Program-made: the position numbers and the translations under genes
Assembly (NCBI RefSeq): GCF_964204645.1
Contig: NC_134026.1
Coordinates: forward strand, 9,323,950 to 9,387,949
Length of the DNA stretch: 64,000 nt
Direction: 5' to 3'
DNA from: Tubulanus polymorphus
Taxonomy: Eukaryota > Animalia > Nemertea
The notes under the pieces: generated by a model
Told to the model about the DNA's origin: nothing
Databases searched by the model: none
What the model saw: the letters and a program-made list of their open reading frames with translations, nothing else
Shown here: piece after piece, positions 22,945 to 34,617 of the stretch
Layout of the letters: each line of letters starts with the position of its first letter
How positions within the stretch are numbered: position 1 is the stretch's first letter

Positions 22945-24072
22945 CTTTCTCATTTGAGATGATGTAATTATTATATAAGAACTATTGACTTATTATTTAT
23001 CTGTACACTCATCTATTTACGAATATGTTCATTCGTAGTCTTTACCTACCGACTTCTGATAGTATACTGGGTTGGTGTTATATTGTTATCATCAACATGT
23101 AATATTGTTTTTCTTTATTGATTAAAGTTAGGAATGGAGAGTGCTTTGTTTGTCCTTGTCGTGTTCTTTTAATTAATATAATTGTAGATATAGCATTGGG
23201 AGTAATTTGATTAAGTATGAGGATGCATCAGTAGTATATTAGGTTTTCTTTAGATTTATATTTGTTTTTACGATCGAATGTGGGTTCTAACTACTTTACG
23301 TCTGAATTTGAGTTGCACTGTTTGTTATCAGGTTGGTTATGTTTTGATCCATATGTTCATTTGAGTCTTTTTCCTGGCGATAACTGCGACCTTGCAAAGA
23401 TTTCGTAGAGTTGCTGTCTGTTCGTCAACTTCGTCTGGACAGTGCCATGATACGGGATGTGATCGACTCCAGTATATGCTGCTATACCTCCAGGGCTACT
23501 CGTTAACATGCTGTGACTTACTATTGCGATACGAACAGATTTTCTTTGCGAAGTTCGTTTAACTGCTGGTTAGCTGATCTCCAATATGTTGTTGCCCCTC
23601 GAGAAGCCAGAAGACCCATGATGTGGGTCAAGTAACTCTCGTACCGATGCGCTACGTTTTTGGTCTCGACATGGGCGAGCTATCCGTCGTCATGTATCAC
23701 GTTTTGCTGAAGTTTATTCGTTGCACTAGCGCCGTTCTATATCCTAGTGTAATTATACTCAATCGAACATTTGCAGTTTTACCTCAGTGTTCCGATAGCG
23801 ATTTGTGCCGTCTAGACCTATTGTTTTGCGCTTTATTTAGATGACATCTCTATCGATGCTGGTTGTTGCGTCTGCACCAGCTTTGTCATTTTGTTATTAC
23901 CATACTATATCACTATATCGTTTCGTATGATGTTAGTTCCGTGTTTATCGTACTTGTTTGTGCCTGTTGATGTGATTTCTTACCTTCGCTTGCGTAACGT
24001 CAGATGATTCCCTGTTTAGTAAATGATCGTTGGAAGGGATGTCCGTTTCTCCAGTATTTGACTGTGTTAGTT

Positions 24073-24172
24073 GCTGTTCCGTGGTGAATTGGTGTCGCTG
24101 TTCCGTGATGAATTGGTGTCGCTGTTCCGTGATGAATTGGTGTCGCTGTTCCGTGATGAATTGGTGTCGCTG
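24073..24172. repeat. 24-bp tandem repeat x4 (GCTGTTCCGTGATGAATTGGTGTC) in the element 2 3' UTR
   Basis: Direct reading; three identical copies and one single-mismatch copy. Confidence 0.95.
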
Positions 24173-24672
24173 CATGGTTATGAATTGACTTTCGATTTTT
24201 GGAATTGGAAATGATAATATGAACTTTAAACTTTCCGATAATTTTCAATGTATTATTTGCTGTAATATTTTGTATCCGTTTTCTTCGGATTTCATTGTAT
24301 AATTGTGCAAGTTGTTCTCTGAGTTCCGTTTGTCTCGTCTTGATTTTCGGGGCGAAAATATTAAGTCCAGGGGGATATTAGAAAAATGATTATATTCATA
24401 CAATAATTTATGTGTAACAGCAGCTATAGGTTTAGAGCAAATTCATAGTTCCTGGTATCGTCAATAAACTCAGTTTGAACCGAACTAATTCAGCCTTGAA
24501 AACCATTCAGTTTTGGGTCGCCAGTTTCATAAATCATTGTTTTAATATCAGATCAGCATGTGGTTTTGTAGTTGTATCAATGAATAGAAATTTTCCTGTC
24601 TCATATCGTGATGACCTTATGTCACATTTTCACTTAACATTTATCACGCATTTGTATTATCCAATTCTAGTC

Positions 24673-24720
24673 CCTGAGGACAGGGCCTTTGCGGAAGGGG
24701 GGTATATGTGACAACGGTAT
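24673..24720 (+). other. Polypurine tract and 3' LTR start
   Basis: CCTGAGGACAGGGCCTTTGCGGAAGGGGGGTATA|TGTGACAAC, with the LTR TG at 24707. A second PPT-like motif (TTCGGGGCGAAAAT...CCAGGGGGATA) lies at 24346-24377. Confidence 0.7.
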
Positions 24721-26794
24721 TATTGAGTTTCAACAGCAGTCTCAATTCATAGGCAGTGCTGCCATCTTCTAACGATATCATGAACTATTTCGTGATAAAA
24801 CTTTCAAACTTTGCCAGCGTCAGCTTTCATATAACTTTTGTTTGTACTGAGATTGATATAGCTTTTTGTTTGTACTGAAATTGAACCTTACGACTAATGC
24901 GAGCCAGTTGCTCGTAAATATTAGCTTCTGCAAGCAACAACTGCTGATGGAGAAGATTATCCAAAGTAATGTGACATTTTAATGGGAAACTGTCACGTAT
25001 ACCATCCTTTCGTAAATATTTGCTGTTGCACGAACGAGAAATTAGTGGGTTTTGGTAATGTCGTTCGCTAATGAGATGGGTTGGGGAATTGACTATGTAT
25101 ACTGGGGTTTTAGGACCGTTTGGGGAGACCGCTGTAGACATTTAGACCGTTGTGATCAGTTCGTGTAATAAAAGCAAGGAGAGAGAGACCGATCAGAGAG
25201 GGAGGGGTATCGGAGAAGACTGGGACGAGGTGAACATTTTCTCAAATTGTAAAATTGTTATAAAAGTAGTCATTATAATGTATAAAAAAGCAATATAGTA
25301 GGGTTCAGTTGTCCGTTTGTATCTAGCTGTGTTGTAGTTATTTTCTGCCTTTGGATTATCCTACAGTCCTAGGTCATTTTCCATACAGTCGTATTCGTAT
25401 TGGTGTAGCGTTTTTTTCTGAAGGGAGAGATGAGGAAGCGGAGTTATAGTAAATCGAGGATTTTAAGAACATGCGGCATAATTCGCTTACTTCTGGAAAG
25501 GTGATTCTAGACAGAGATATAAGCAATAATATTTGGAAAACAGAGGCGAAGTAACATTTTATTTTAAATCTACCCCGGGATATAAGCAGACGTTTAAAAA
25601 CAACGCTAGGAAAATAACATCATAGGGAGAGATCACGCAATAAAAAACGTAATATACATTATAAGGAAAACGCACAGGAAAGCCGATGTTTTCGAATATC
25701 TACGCCGGAAAGTAGGAGAAAATTCGGATAGATTCGCGCGTAAAAACGTAATATTACATAAAGAAAGCGCGCGGGAAAACGACGTTTTCACAGAAATATA
25801 GCAGCCAAGGAATCGAGCGCTTCTTTAACGCAGGAAGTCCTTCTTAGGAATCCCATATATAATACTACTCTCTTTACATTCAAAATGTGCTTTAGAAATT
25901 TCAAATGTAGTGTCTCAAAGCATTTTGAATCTCCAAACCCCATACCTCTGCTGAGTATAGCAGGATAGGTAGTACTGTTGAATCGAAAAGTTTTAGTTGC
26001 AAACCAATTGGTAAGTAGAGGTTTCTACACATAGATTAATGCAAACATCGCCCTTTGAGCTTTATCGTGGAGTTCTTTCTTTCCTTTAAAAAGTTTCCTA
26101 GTCCTAAATTGAAAAATCAGTTCAAATCACTCACCGAAAGACGGAGGGCTATCTTCATCCCATCGCAGTTTGAATCTTCTTGTTTCGACCCCTGTGTTCG
26201 TGGCTTGAAATTGACGATGCATGTCAGCAGTCGATATTCTAGTACATGGTTAGTGTATAACTTAAGAAAAATAAACCCGAAATTTTGCAGTATTTTAAAA
26301 TCATTTCTTGTAGATGTTGATGTAGATTTTCCGTTTTCAGAAATTAATTCTCGATAGTTTTCGGAAAAAGGCTGGAAATCAAAGTGAGATGTTTCCCTAG
26401 TCAAAGGATTTTTCTTGGTCTCAACTAGATCCGACTTACGATAGGTTTACTGTATTTTTGCATATGGTGAATTGCACGGAATTTTATTTCCTTCTTCCTT
26501 GTCACGAATCAGCCACCATCATTCAGCCACCGAATCATTGAACTAATCATTAAATGATGTAATTTCAACGGTTACAATCCATTTATTTCATTTTCAGCGT
26601 GCATGCGTTGTAAAATACATTGAATATGATTGGGTACTATTTCGAGTGAAGCGTTCTATAACCAACCCAAAATGAATTGGGAAATGATTTTGATATTATT
26701 ATTATGTCAATTCGACATTTTGCTAACTAGATAGTCTGGTTGAAGGAAAGATGATATCCGATGCCGCCATCACATAATCATTTCATCTGTTGAA

Positions 26795-27016
26795 CTAACG
26801 TCCTCCATATTTTTGTTGAACGTATACGTTGGCGCATGCTTGGGCACAGTATCCATACCATGACGCTTTACTGACTTCCCTAGCCGATGGTCGTTTGTAT
26901 TTACAGGCAAGGTAACAGCTCGTCGGAACAAATGTCGTCCCCCAGCCTCCAGCGGCACACCCTATAACTGCGAATAGGGCGATAACAATAAAGCAACATG
27001 CGATTGCAGGTCTCAT
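26795..27016 (-). CDS. Small secreted cysteine-rich peptide precursor (CxxxC...CxxxC, C-terminal GGR); toxin or antimicrobial candidate
   Basis: 73 aa with a hydrophobic signal peptide (MRPAIACCFIVIALFAVIGCAAG) and a cationic mature region with 4 Cys. There is a 5'-UTR intron (donor GAG|GTAAAA at 27159, acceptor TTTTGCAG at 27031) and AATAAA at ~26582-26587 on the minus strand. Confidence 0.8.
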   Translation of the reverse strand: MRPAIACCFIVIALFAVIGCAAGGWGTTFVPTSCYLACKYKRPSAREVSKASWYGYCAQACANVYVQQKYGGR

Positions 27017-28332
27017 TTTTCTGCGTCAACCTGCAAAAATTGTACCACCGTAATAACAAAAAACAAATATGAAGAAATTAGAAAAATAATACCACACGTT
27101 GTTTTCGAAACAGACAATGCACGGGATTTCCGACTTGGTATGATTTAAACTTATTTTACCTCCAAAGTGAAGTAGTAGAATTGCGAATATGTGTCCAGCA
27201 GCGACGTGATATTATTATGTTAACAGCCGTAATAATGGCATCATGTAATGGTTTACGCAAGCAAATAATGCAATAATTGTGAAATAGCATTCATAAGAGG
27301 CCGTATGTTTGTAGCTGGAATGCAATCGTTCACATTAGTTCATAAGCTACACGATCCACGAATTAGGATATATACATCTTTTGTGTCTTGATTGGTAGGG
27401 AGACTTCGATTTGGGCCAAACATCACTAGACTTGACTACAACGTGCCCGTGCCATGTAATATTTATACAGGGGCGGATTTAGACCGTGTCGCTCGACACG
27501 GTCGCAATTCTTTAGTGCCTTTTTACTTTTTCTCTGTATCATAATTTGCCGTTGTTACCACCCGAGATACACAGTAGATGTTTTTCCTGAATACATATCC
27601 TATGTTTCTTGACTTAATGCCTCTCAGAGATGCTCAGAAAGCTCTAAAATAATAGTAAAATTTCAAAAACTTTGCTGATACGCCTTTCCCCCAAATTAAG
27701 AATACATGCCCTTTTTATTGGTCGACATGGTCACAACATGCCCCTGCTATACAAATGGCCGTGGTAATAGTGACCTACTAGACTCCGCTTGCCTCGGATA
27801 TCGCAGGAACAATCAATTTTCGAGGCAGGCTAAACTCCAGCGGCAGTCGGAGCGACAATGGGTCGTCATCACATGAATTGGAGAGGGAAGATTTAAATAT
27901 TCCTCCTAAATATTCCTCGCGATTATTCGAGACAATATTGGCTATTTTTTTTCATTTCGTTAAACGCCTATTACATAAAATGGCTCAAAATCCTGACAAT
28001 TGCTGGTTTAATTTAATGATTTTCACTGACTTATTCCCCTTCTTGCTTTTTGGTGTTGATTATCGTATTGGGATGACTGTCATTAGTTGCCAATATGAAA
28101 AAGACAATGAAACATACTCCATTTGGCAAGATTATGGTTCCATTTGACAAGATTGTGGTTAGAGCAAGAACCCGTTAGATTACAACTGGTTATTACAGCG
28201 AAGATTTTTGTACTGCATCAGATCCCAAGGATTGGAAACTCATTTAAGATGAACATACATATATTTTGTGAAAGCATACCACAATCAGTATATATACAGA
28301 AGTTTTAAGATGATTATTTTTTGTCCGAGCGG

Positions 28333-31300
28333 CTATAAAATGGTACAGTCATCGTCATCGTCGTAACCATGTCTTGGTGTATTACTTAACCTTGCACCAG
28401 GAGGTTCTCCATAATATCCATCTAAGTAAATCCTACAACATACAAATTGTGTAATGAAAGTACCACGGGGCTCCATCACAAAAGTAGTTATTTGGAAAAT
28501 CTTGAAAATAATTCCATATTGGCCTATATCGTTTTTTCGATCAGAAATCAATTGATATTATGTGAAATTTATGATTATTTTATATCCTTCAAATAATACT
28601 TTCGGATTCAAAATCAAATCAATCAATTTAAATGATTTTTAACCGAATAACCTTGTTTTCGGTTAGGTTTCCGGAATCTGTAAGAAAACCGGTAGAGAGT
28701 TTCGAAATAGATGTCCTACTTCAAATTCGTTAGGTATGTATAACGAATCTTGTGGGCAAAATATATGAAACGGCGTTTCGCATGATAAAAAATGTGGATC
28801 TTAGCCGGAACACCTGGACTGGAGATAGTTGTAACAAACGGGTTTCGTATCAACGAGATTCGACTGTGTGAAATTTATTTTCATGACAAGAATGGCAAAA
28901 AAACATTCACTTCATGTTTTAAAAATGCATATATAACGACAAAATGAGCTGAAATGAAGATTACTCTGCATTATTTCTCACACCTTATAAAGTAAACAAG
29001 TCTCGAAGAGTTCGGTCCGTCATCCCAGCCGTCGTTATTCACTGTCTCTTCGGTACCATGTAGCCCTGTCTCCGCAATCCATGACCACTGTATCGGGCCA
29101 ACCGTCTCGGCAAACATAATTTTTGCTCCTGTAAATTAGTTTATCATCATCGTATCAAATAACGAATCGGACCCGGGTACTTACAACTGAAAATTAAGGT
29201 AAAGGATTCCATGTCCTGCCAATCAAAAGCATAGTCGAAAAACATGTACACTGATGCATCAAATTCAGGCCATATTTGTCATATTCTAATAGCAATGATT
29301 GCGACAAACCCGCAATGAAGTTTTTACTCGCCTGTGACGTTTAACCAAGATGTAGCATGGTCCATGATACTTTTCATATCTTGATATTTGATAGTTCCCT
29401 GTCCCGGATCGACGTGAATATACCCTGGTACGAAGGTCCGGTATGTGAGATAGGGTATGTTCCCACATAGAGCCGGCCCATCATCGGCAGTGACGTAAGC
29501 AATGCGCAGAAAACAAGCTCGTGGCGACTCGTCGATCTTGTAATTAAAAGGTTCCAATGGGGAAAAGAACATGGAACCTGAAAATGTTTGAAACAATTTT
29601 TTGCAAACTTAACTAGATAAAAGGAACGAATTTAAGAGTTTTGGTATTTGTCATTTTTACGTAATCCTTACGTAAGATTACAACATTTCAAACTTTCATC
29701 AGAATTCTAAATGAAGAATCTTTGTTTTTTCTTAAATTTCAAAATACGTATATATTTTCATTGTACCTTGTTCTGTGACGGCACAGACTGCCTGCAAAGT
29801 TTGAAGGTTTGTTATCCTTTTGTTCTGAAGTTAAAAAACCAAGATTTGTTTCAAGACGGAAAGAATGACAAAAAGTATGCATATATATGTATACATGTAT
29901 ATATATTTCATAAAATCTATGCTGGCTGATAAGCCACATCGTTCATTGTTTTTTTTGTAGGCGATTCGTGACCAAACATTTGCATCCTCAAAAATACGAA
30001 TGATTTTCGCCGCATAAAATCAACGAAGAAAGCCAAGTTAAGTTAAAACGCCACGCAGTTCGCGTAAAAACTATACGCACAAAAAGCAATGAAAAAAATA
30101 TGTCCATTGATTTTACGTAGTTTTTGCGCCATGTAAAAAAACTATCCCGTTGTTTTTGCTCGGCTAAAAAAGTAACGTTGAAAAATGTCTGACATTGCAC
30201 CACGTAAAAATGCTTTTTTGTAATAACGTAGTTAACGCATTTTAGTTTTTTAAGCTATCCCATGGTTTAACGTTGATTTTATATAAATCGGCATAAATCG
30301 TATTTTGAGCTGCATTTGTTGACGGTCTTGTCTTTGACGGCCACAATGACGCAACAGGATGTGGTTGAATCTTTACCTTTCCGTTTGTAGAGATCCAGTC
30401 GTGCGCTTCCTGTACGAGAGTTGAGAACTGTGTATACCTGCGACTATTCCAGAGGTCGTCGAAATCGTCGTAAAAATCGTCGTCATGATCGTGAATTCGT
30501 CGATCTTCCAGACACGTCGGTGTTATATCTTCAACTCCTAATAAAATATAATCATCAAATTATGTAGATCAACCCCAATCAGTCGCTTGCAGTTTCAGGG
30601 CTCAAGATTGTTAACGCGAACCGGAACCGAAATTTCCAATTACGTACTTCAATTTTAACAAAATATTACGTAAATTCGACCGATCATACAACTGTATCGG
30701 TACTTTGATTTCCTAATTCGAAATCAAACCCACGTTTCAGCGTGTGTGATGTGGTTGTAACGGACACTAAATCATCAATCAAATAAATAAGTGGGACAAC
30801 CTTATTTCAAGATCGACGTACGTAATTGTTATTTATCAGTACTTAAAATATCTAAAATTCCTTAAATTATCGTGTGATTATGTAAGAAAGAGTGAATTTG
30901 TATGAATGGTAATTTCTTTGCTTTTAGGGTGGCACGGCTCTGATAGATACTTGTGATCTCTCCGTGTAGCCCACATTTTCTTGTTACATTTTTTCACTGT
31001 ATATTACATAATATCAATAATGTAATAATGTAACAAATGAAAATAAATACTACTGTACTATACTATCAGTAAACGTATTTTGATACGTTAATACGCGTAT
31101 GGTATATAAACCTATTGCTTCGTGTACTGTAGCTCCTTCCAGGTGAAAAACTCGTAGGAAATAAAACGCGTGTCTCTCGTGTACATCCATCCATGAACAA
31201 GTGTCCCAATCCATGTTCCCGTCGTGCATTTTCCACGATTCCTTGTCGACTTTCACAAAAACCGTGCTGATACCTACAATGTGCCCTAAACGACAAACAA

Positions 31301-34300
31301 ATAATTACACGTCATATCCGGTGGGTACAAAATCAAGAACCAGATAGATATGTGGTTTATTTCCACAAGAAATTGCAACGAATTTTATATTTATAAAGGA
31401 TGTCCCTATGTCAGTGGTAAGTGCTCATCTAAAGCAAGGTTGCTTGTCGGGTATGAGACACATCCCTCACACGCATTCAAAACACAGATACTCATCAGGC
31501 ATGCACGCATTCACACATTCAAATTTACAAAATTACAACTGGCGGGAAGGGGGGGAAATATGATTCCCTGATATATGATATAAATTTGCAGAATACATCA
31601 AATAGCATTATATAAGAGCATGGACTTTTGAGGAAAATATTCGACAAAGGTTGTTTCCAAGGGAAGAAATAAATCTAGAATAAAACGGGAATCGTTTTAT
31701 AGTGGGATAAGATAAGGTGGGATAACAAAGATGTTTGTTCGATACTTCTTGAAGAGTTCTTTTCGGGTATTTGTAGGAAACAATGACTTGTATTTCGATG
31801 AGATATAAAAGATTTTTCTATTCAATTTGAAATGGAATTTGAGTTATTTTCAAATTGTACATTTAACGTTTCATTTTAGTTCAAATTGAATACGTCATCA
31901 ATATTACGACACTGACAACTTGCATATTTTGGTATCAAGTTACACAGAAAACATCTGAAGTTTCGTAGAGGAGCCGTGTTAACCGGGTGTAGAACAAATA
32001 TAACGAGACGAGTAGTTCTACTGTTAACTAATTTTTTTGACGCACGAGCTTTCGCTACTAATGTGTAGAAGCTTCATCAGGTGAATGAGGCCTTTTTAAT
32101 AGCTTGGTTTACGGTGTAGACCTATAAAAATATCATTTCGGAGGAAATAAAAATTAACAAAAAAATCCCTCAGTGAGATGAAATCACTTTTTGAAGGAAG
32201 AGGGAACTGTCGATAGGGCAATTTGATCAAAAAATAACCTTGTGTTTTTCAATTTTTCATCATTCAAGCCAGGATTCTCATTCGGCGGAGGTGAAAACAA
32301 TTATTTTGCTCATATTTTCACTGGATTTTATGGTGGCTGATAAGTATGGTGGCTGATAAGGGCCATAGCGTAAATTCCTGGTATGTAAATGAGGGCGCCA
32401 AAACGAAAAACAAACGTCCAATTTTCTCTGAAAGTTCGGCCCCCCGCCAAAACAACGAAAAACGTCGAAATTTCTCTAAAAGTTCGTTTTGGCGCGCCAA
32501 AACAAAGATTATTTCGTTTTGACGCGGTTATTTCCGTTTTGGCGGCCCCGCCAAAACAAGCATTCAACCACAGTAAAATCATTTTTCAATTTGGCGCGTT
32601 GATCCTGTGTGTAATTTGCATAAATTTGCATATATAGAATTATTTTACGTGATTGAAAGTTCGTTTTGGCGCGGGCGCCAAAATGAAAGTTCGTTTTGGC
32701 GGGGGCGCCAAAATGAAAGTTCGTTCTGGCGGGGGCGCCAATACGGAATATTCTTTGTTTTGGCACGCAAAAACGAACTTTTAGAGAAACTTCGACGTTT
32801 TTCGTTGTTTTGGCGGGGGCGCCAAAACGGAATTTTCTTTGTTTTGGCGCGCCAAAACGAACTTTCAGAGAAAATTGGACGTTTTTTTCGTTTTGGCGTT
32901 CTGGCGTTCTGGCGCCCTCATTTACATACCAGGAATTTTATGCTATGGCCCTTATCAGCCACCATAGGATTTGTTCCACGGACGGAAATTTTTAAAAAGA
33001 TTTATTTTTATTTGACTTTCTTCAAATTTCGGGAGGCGGTTCCCGTAAACAAAGCTATTGAAAAAAGGCCTGATGAAGCTACCATATATTAGTAGCGATA
33101 GCCCGAACGTCGAATAAATTAATTAATCGTCTCGATGTAGAAAATATCTGAAAAAAATTGCCGTACCTCGTGGGTTAGAATAAAGCTGCTCGTTAAATGT
33201 AGTTACTGTTTGGTATATGCTCTCAAATTCTGGGTACTTCTCTCCAGGGTTTAATCGCCTTGGGATCAAATTGACGTATTTTACCTGTTGTGGACGCGTC
33301 CTCGCTGCAGTACCTTGTTTCAGGTACCAGATTCTGCAAGGAAATGCGGTACAAGTTTTAAATATTGAACGGACGAACTAGTCAACATAAATATCAGAGG
33401 CTGTTTAAGTAATTGTATACACCTCTTTTACATTTTTAGATATTTTGGATTCGCCCACACGATATATATTGCCTACCTACAGAGCCCGTTTTACAAACTG
33501 GGGTCTATTTAATAGTGGCGTTAACTCAACCACTGGGTTAGAACTAACGCTGTTTTGTAAAACTGGCCCCTCGGGTCCGTGACACTACATAATGCAATCA
33601 TCATTTCCTGTGACAACGAAATCATCATTGTTACAAATTTCGTTTTTAGCATCGGGTAGAATGATGGATGCAAATTATTATCTTTTCTTCTTTAATAACT
33701 CTGGACATATCCCGGTTATCCGTGATATCCAGGAACGTAAATACCTTCTTAAAAATGCCATTGTTTATTGGTTCACTACATAAAAACGGCATATCGTTAG
33801 CCGAGTTTTTACGAAGAAGCTTTTACAGGAACAATTGACGTCAAGACGAAACTAAGAATATCTCTTTCATTAAATGCAACTCAGACGAAAATATACGTAT
33901 ATGTCACAATATCCAAGTCCTCGTCATTCTTACCGTAATCCATGCACATATATACTGCATTCGGTGGCCCGATAAAACATGGTGCCATTCTGAATATCAT
34001 TCAAAGATCCGACCTTTTTCTCGACCGATTCCACGTTTTTGATGACGATATCTTCGCGGCGGGAGAGAAATTCATTCGCGCGTTCAATCAAAACACTGCA
34101 ATTGAACATGAAGATTTCGTTCCCGGTACATATATATATATATATATTGACACATCTCGAATAATGAGCCCGGGGCCCGTGTTGTTTATCCTCGAGAATG
34201 CCACAGAATATATGTAAATAGTGTTCCACTTGCAAATTTCATTCAAGATGACTTGAAAAATGGCATTCTATTTGCAACTGGAGTACACTAAAACACATTT

Positions 34301-34617
34301 CCAAAGCATAGTCAAAGGAGCTTTACATAAATAAACAGCTGCAAAGTCTGTGTGTTTATTAGTAAAGCCCACACATTATGAAGGCTACATAAAAATATAT
34401 ATAACTTTATTGATTAACTGCAATTAGATACCTACTCGAATTTTTCAAATTTCATCCGCTTGATTTTTGTTTCGTCGGGATTGATTAAACTCGGCCAAAA
34501 GTCAACGTACGCTAAACTCGGCCGTTCTTGCATTATAGATTCATACGACGGGGGAGGTGTCAAGGGGCGTTCAGCATGTTGCTCACTCGATGGTGGTTCG
34601 ACCGCAGCAGCAGCCAT
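28333..34617 (-). CDS. Uncharacterised four-repeat protein, paralogue A (N-terminal PPSY, C-terminal CaaX CTIL), 9 coding exons
   Basis: Exons 34617-34436, 34095-33934, 33333-33167, 31285-31112, 30537-30377, 29824-29767, 29577-29332 (GC donor), 29128-28984 and 28432-28333 splice in frame. The exon structure is identical to paralogue B. Confidence 0.85.
29987..30309. mobile_element. Degenerate MITE (intronic)
   Basis: Left end CTCAAAAATACGA...CATAAAATCAACG; right end CGTTGATTTTAT...TCGTATTTTGAG. Confidence 0.55.
32043..32083 (-). ncRNA. Minimal type I hammerhead ribozyme motif (Penelope-like element type)
   Basis: Minus strand: CAC-CUGAUGA-AGCUUCUACACAUUAGUAGC-GAA-AGCU-C-GUG. Core boxes are intact, stem I is CAC/GUG, and helix III is the palindrome AGCU. 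Confidence 0.6.
32345..32966. mobile_element. MITE with long (>200 bp) internally repetitive terminal inverted repeats, TA-flanked
   Basis: TATGGTGGCTGATAAGGGCCATAGC...AAATTCCTGGTATGTAAATGAGGGCGCC at the left and its reverse complement ending at 32966. Internal TTTTGGCG..GGCGCCAAAA repeats. There is a 16-bp duplication of the left end at 32329-32344. Confidence 0.9.
33067..33107 (+). ncRNA. Degenerate second hammerhead copy (inverted partner of 32043-32083)
   Basis: GGC-CTGATGA-AGCTACCATATATTAGTAGC-GATA-GCCC. GAAA is mutated to GATA. Flanks 32003-32115 and 33042-33134 are inverted homologues. Confidence 0.45.
33482..33570. mobile_element. Short PIF/Harbinger-like MITE
   Basis: GAGCCCGTTTTACAAA...TTTGTAAAACTGGCCCC. 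Related GGGCC(C)AGTT...AACTGGNCCC short elements occur at ~47262-47416, 51873-51972, 57279-57427 and 58956-59133. Confidence 0.6.

Larger units (their letters stand above)
18005..25400 (+). mobile_element. 5'-truncated env-bearing chromodomain Ty3/Gypsy element (element 2)
   Basis: RT C-terminus, RNase H, integrase, chromodomain, env, long 3' UTR, PPT and LTR start. The right boundary is approximate. Confidence 0.9.

Noticed and set aside
32318-33092. Several ORFs with repeated SSFWRGRQNE / NFHFGAPAKT
   Set aside because: Translations of internal MITE repeats.
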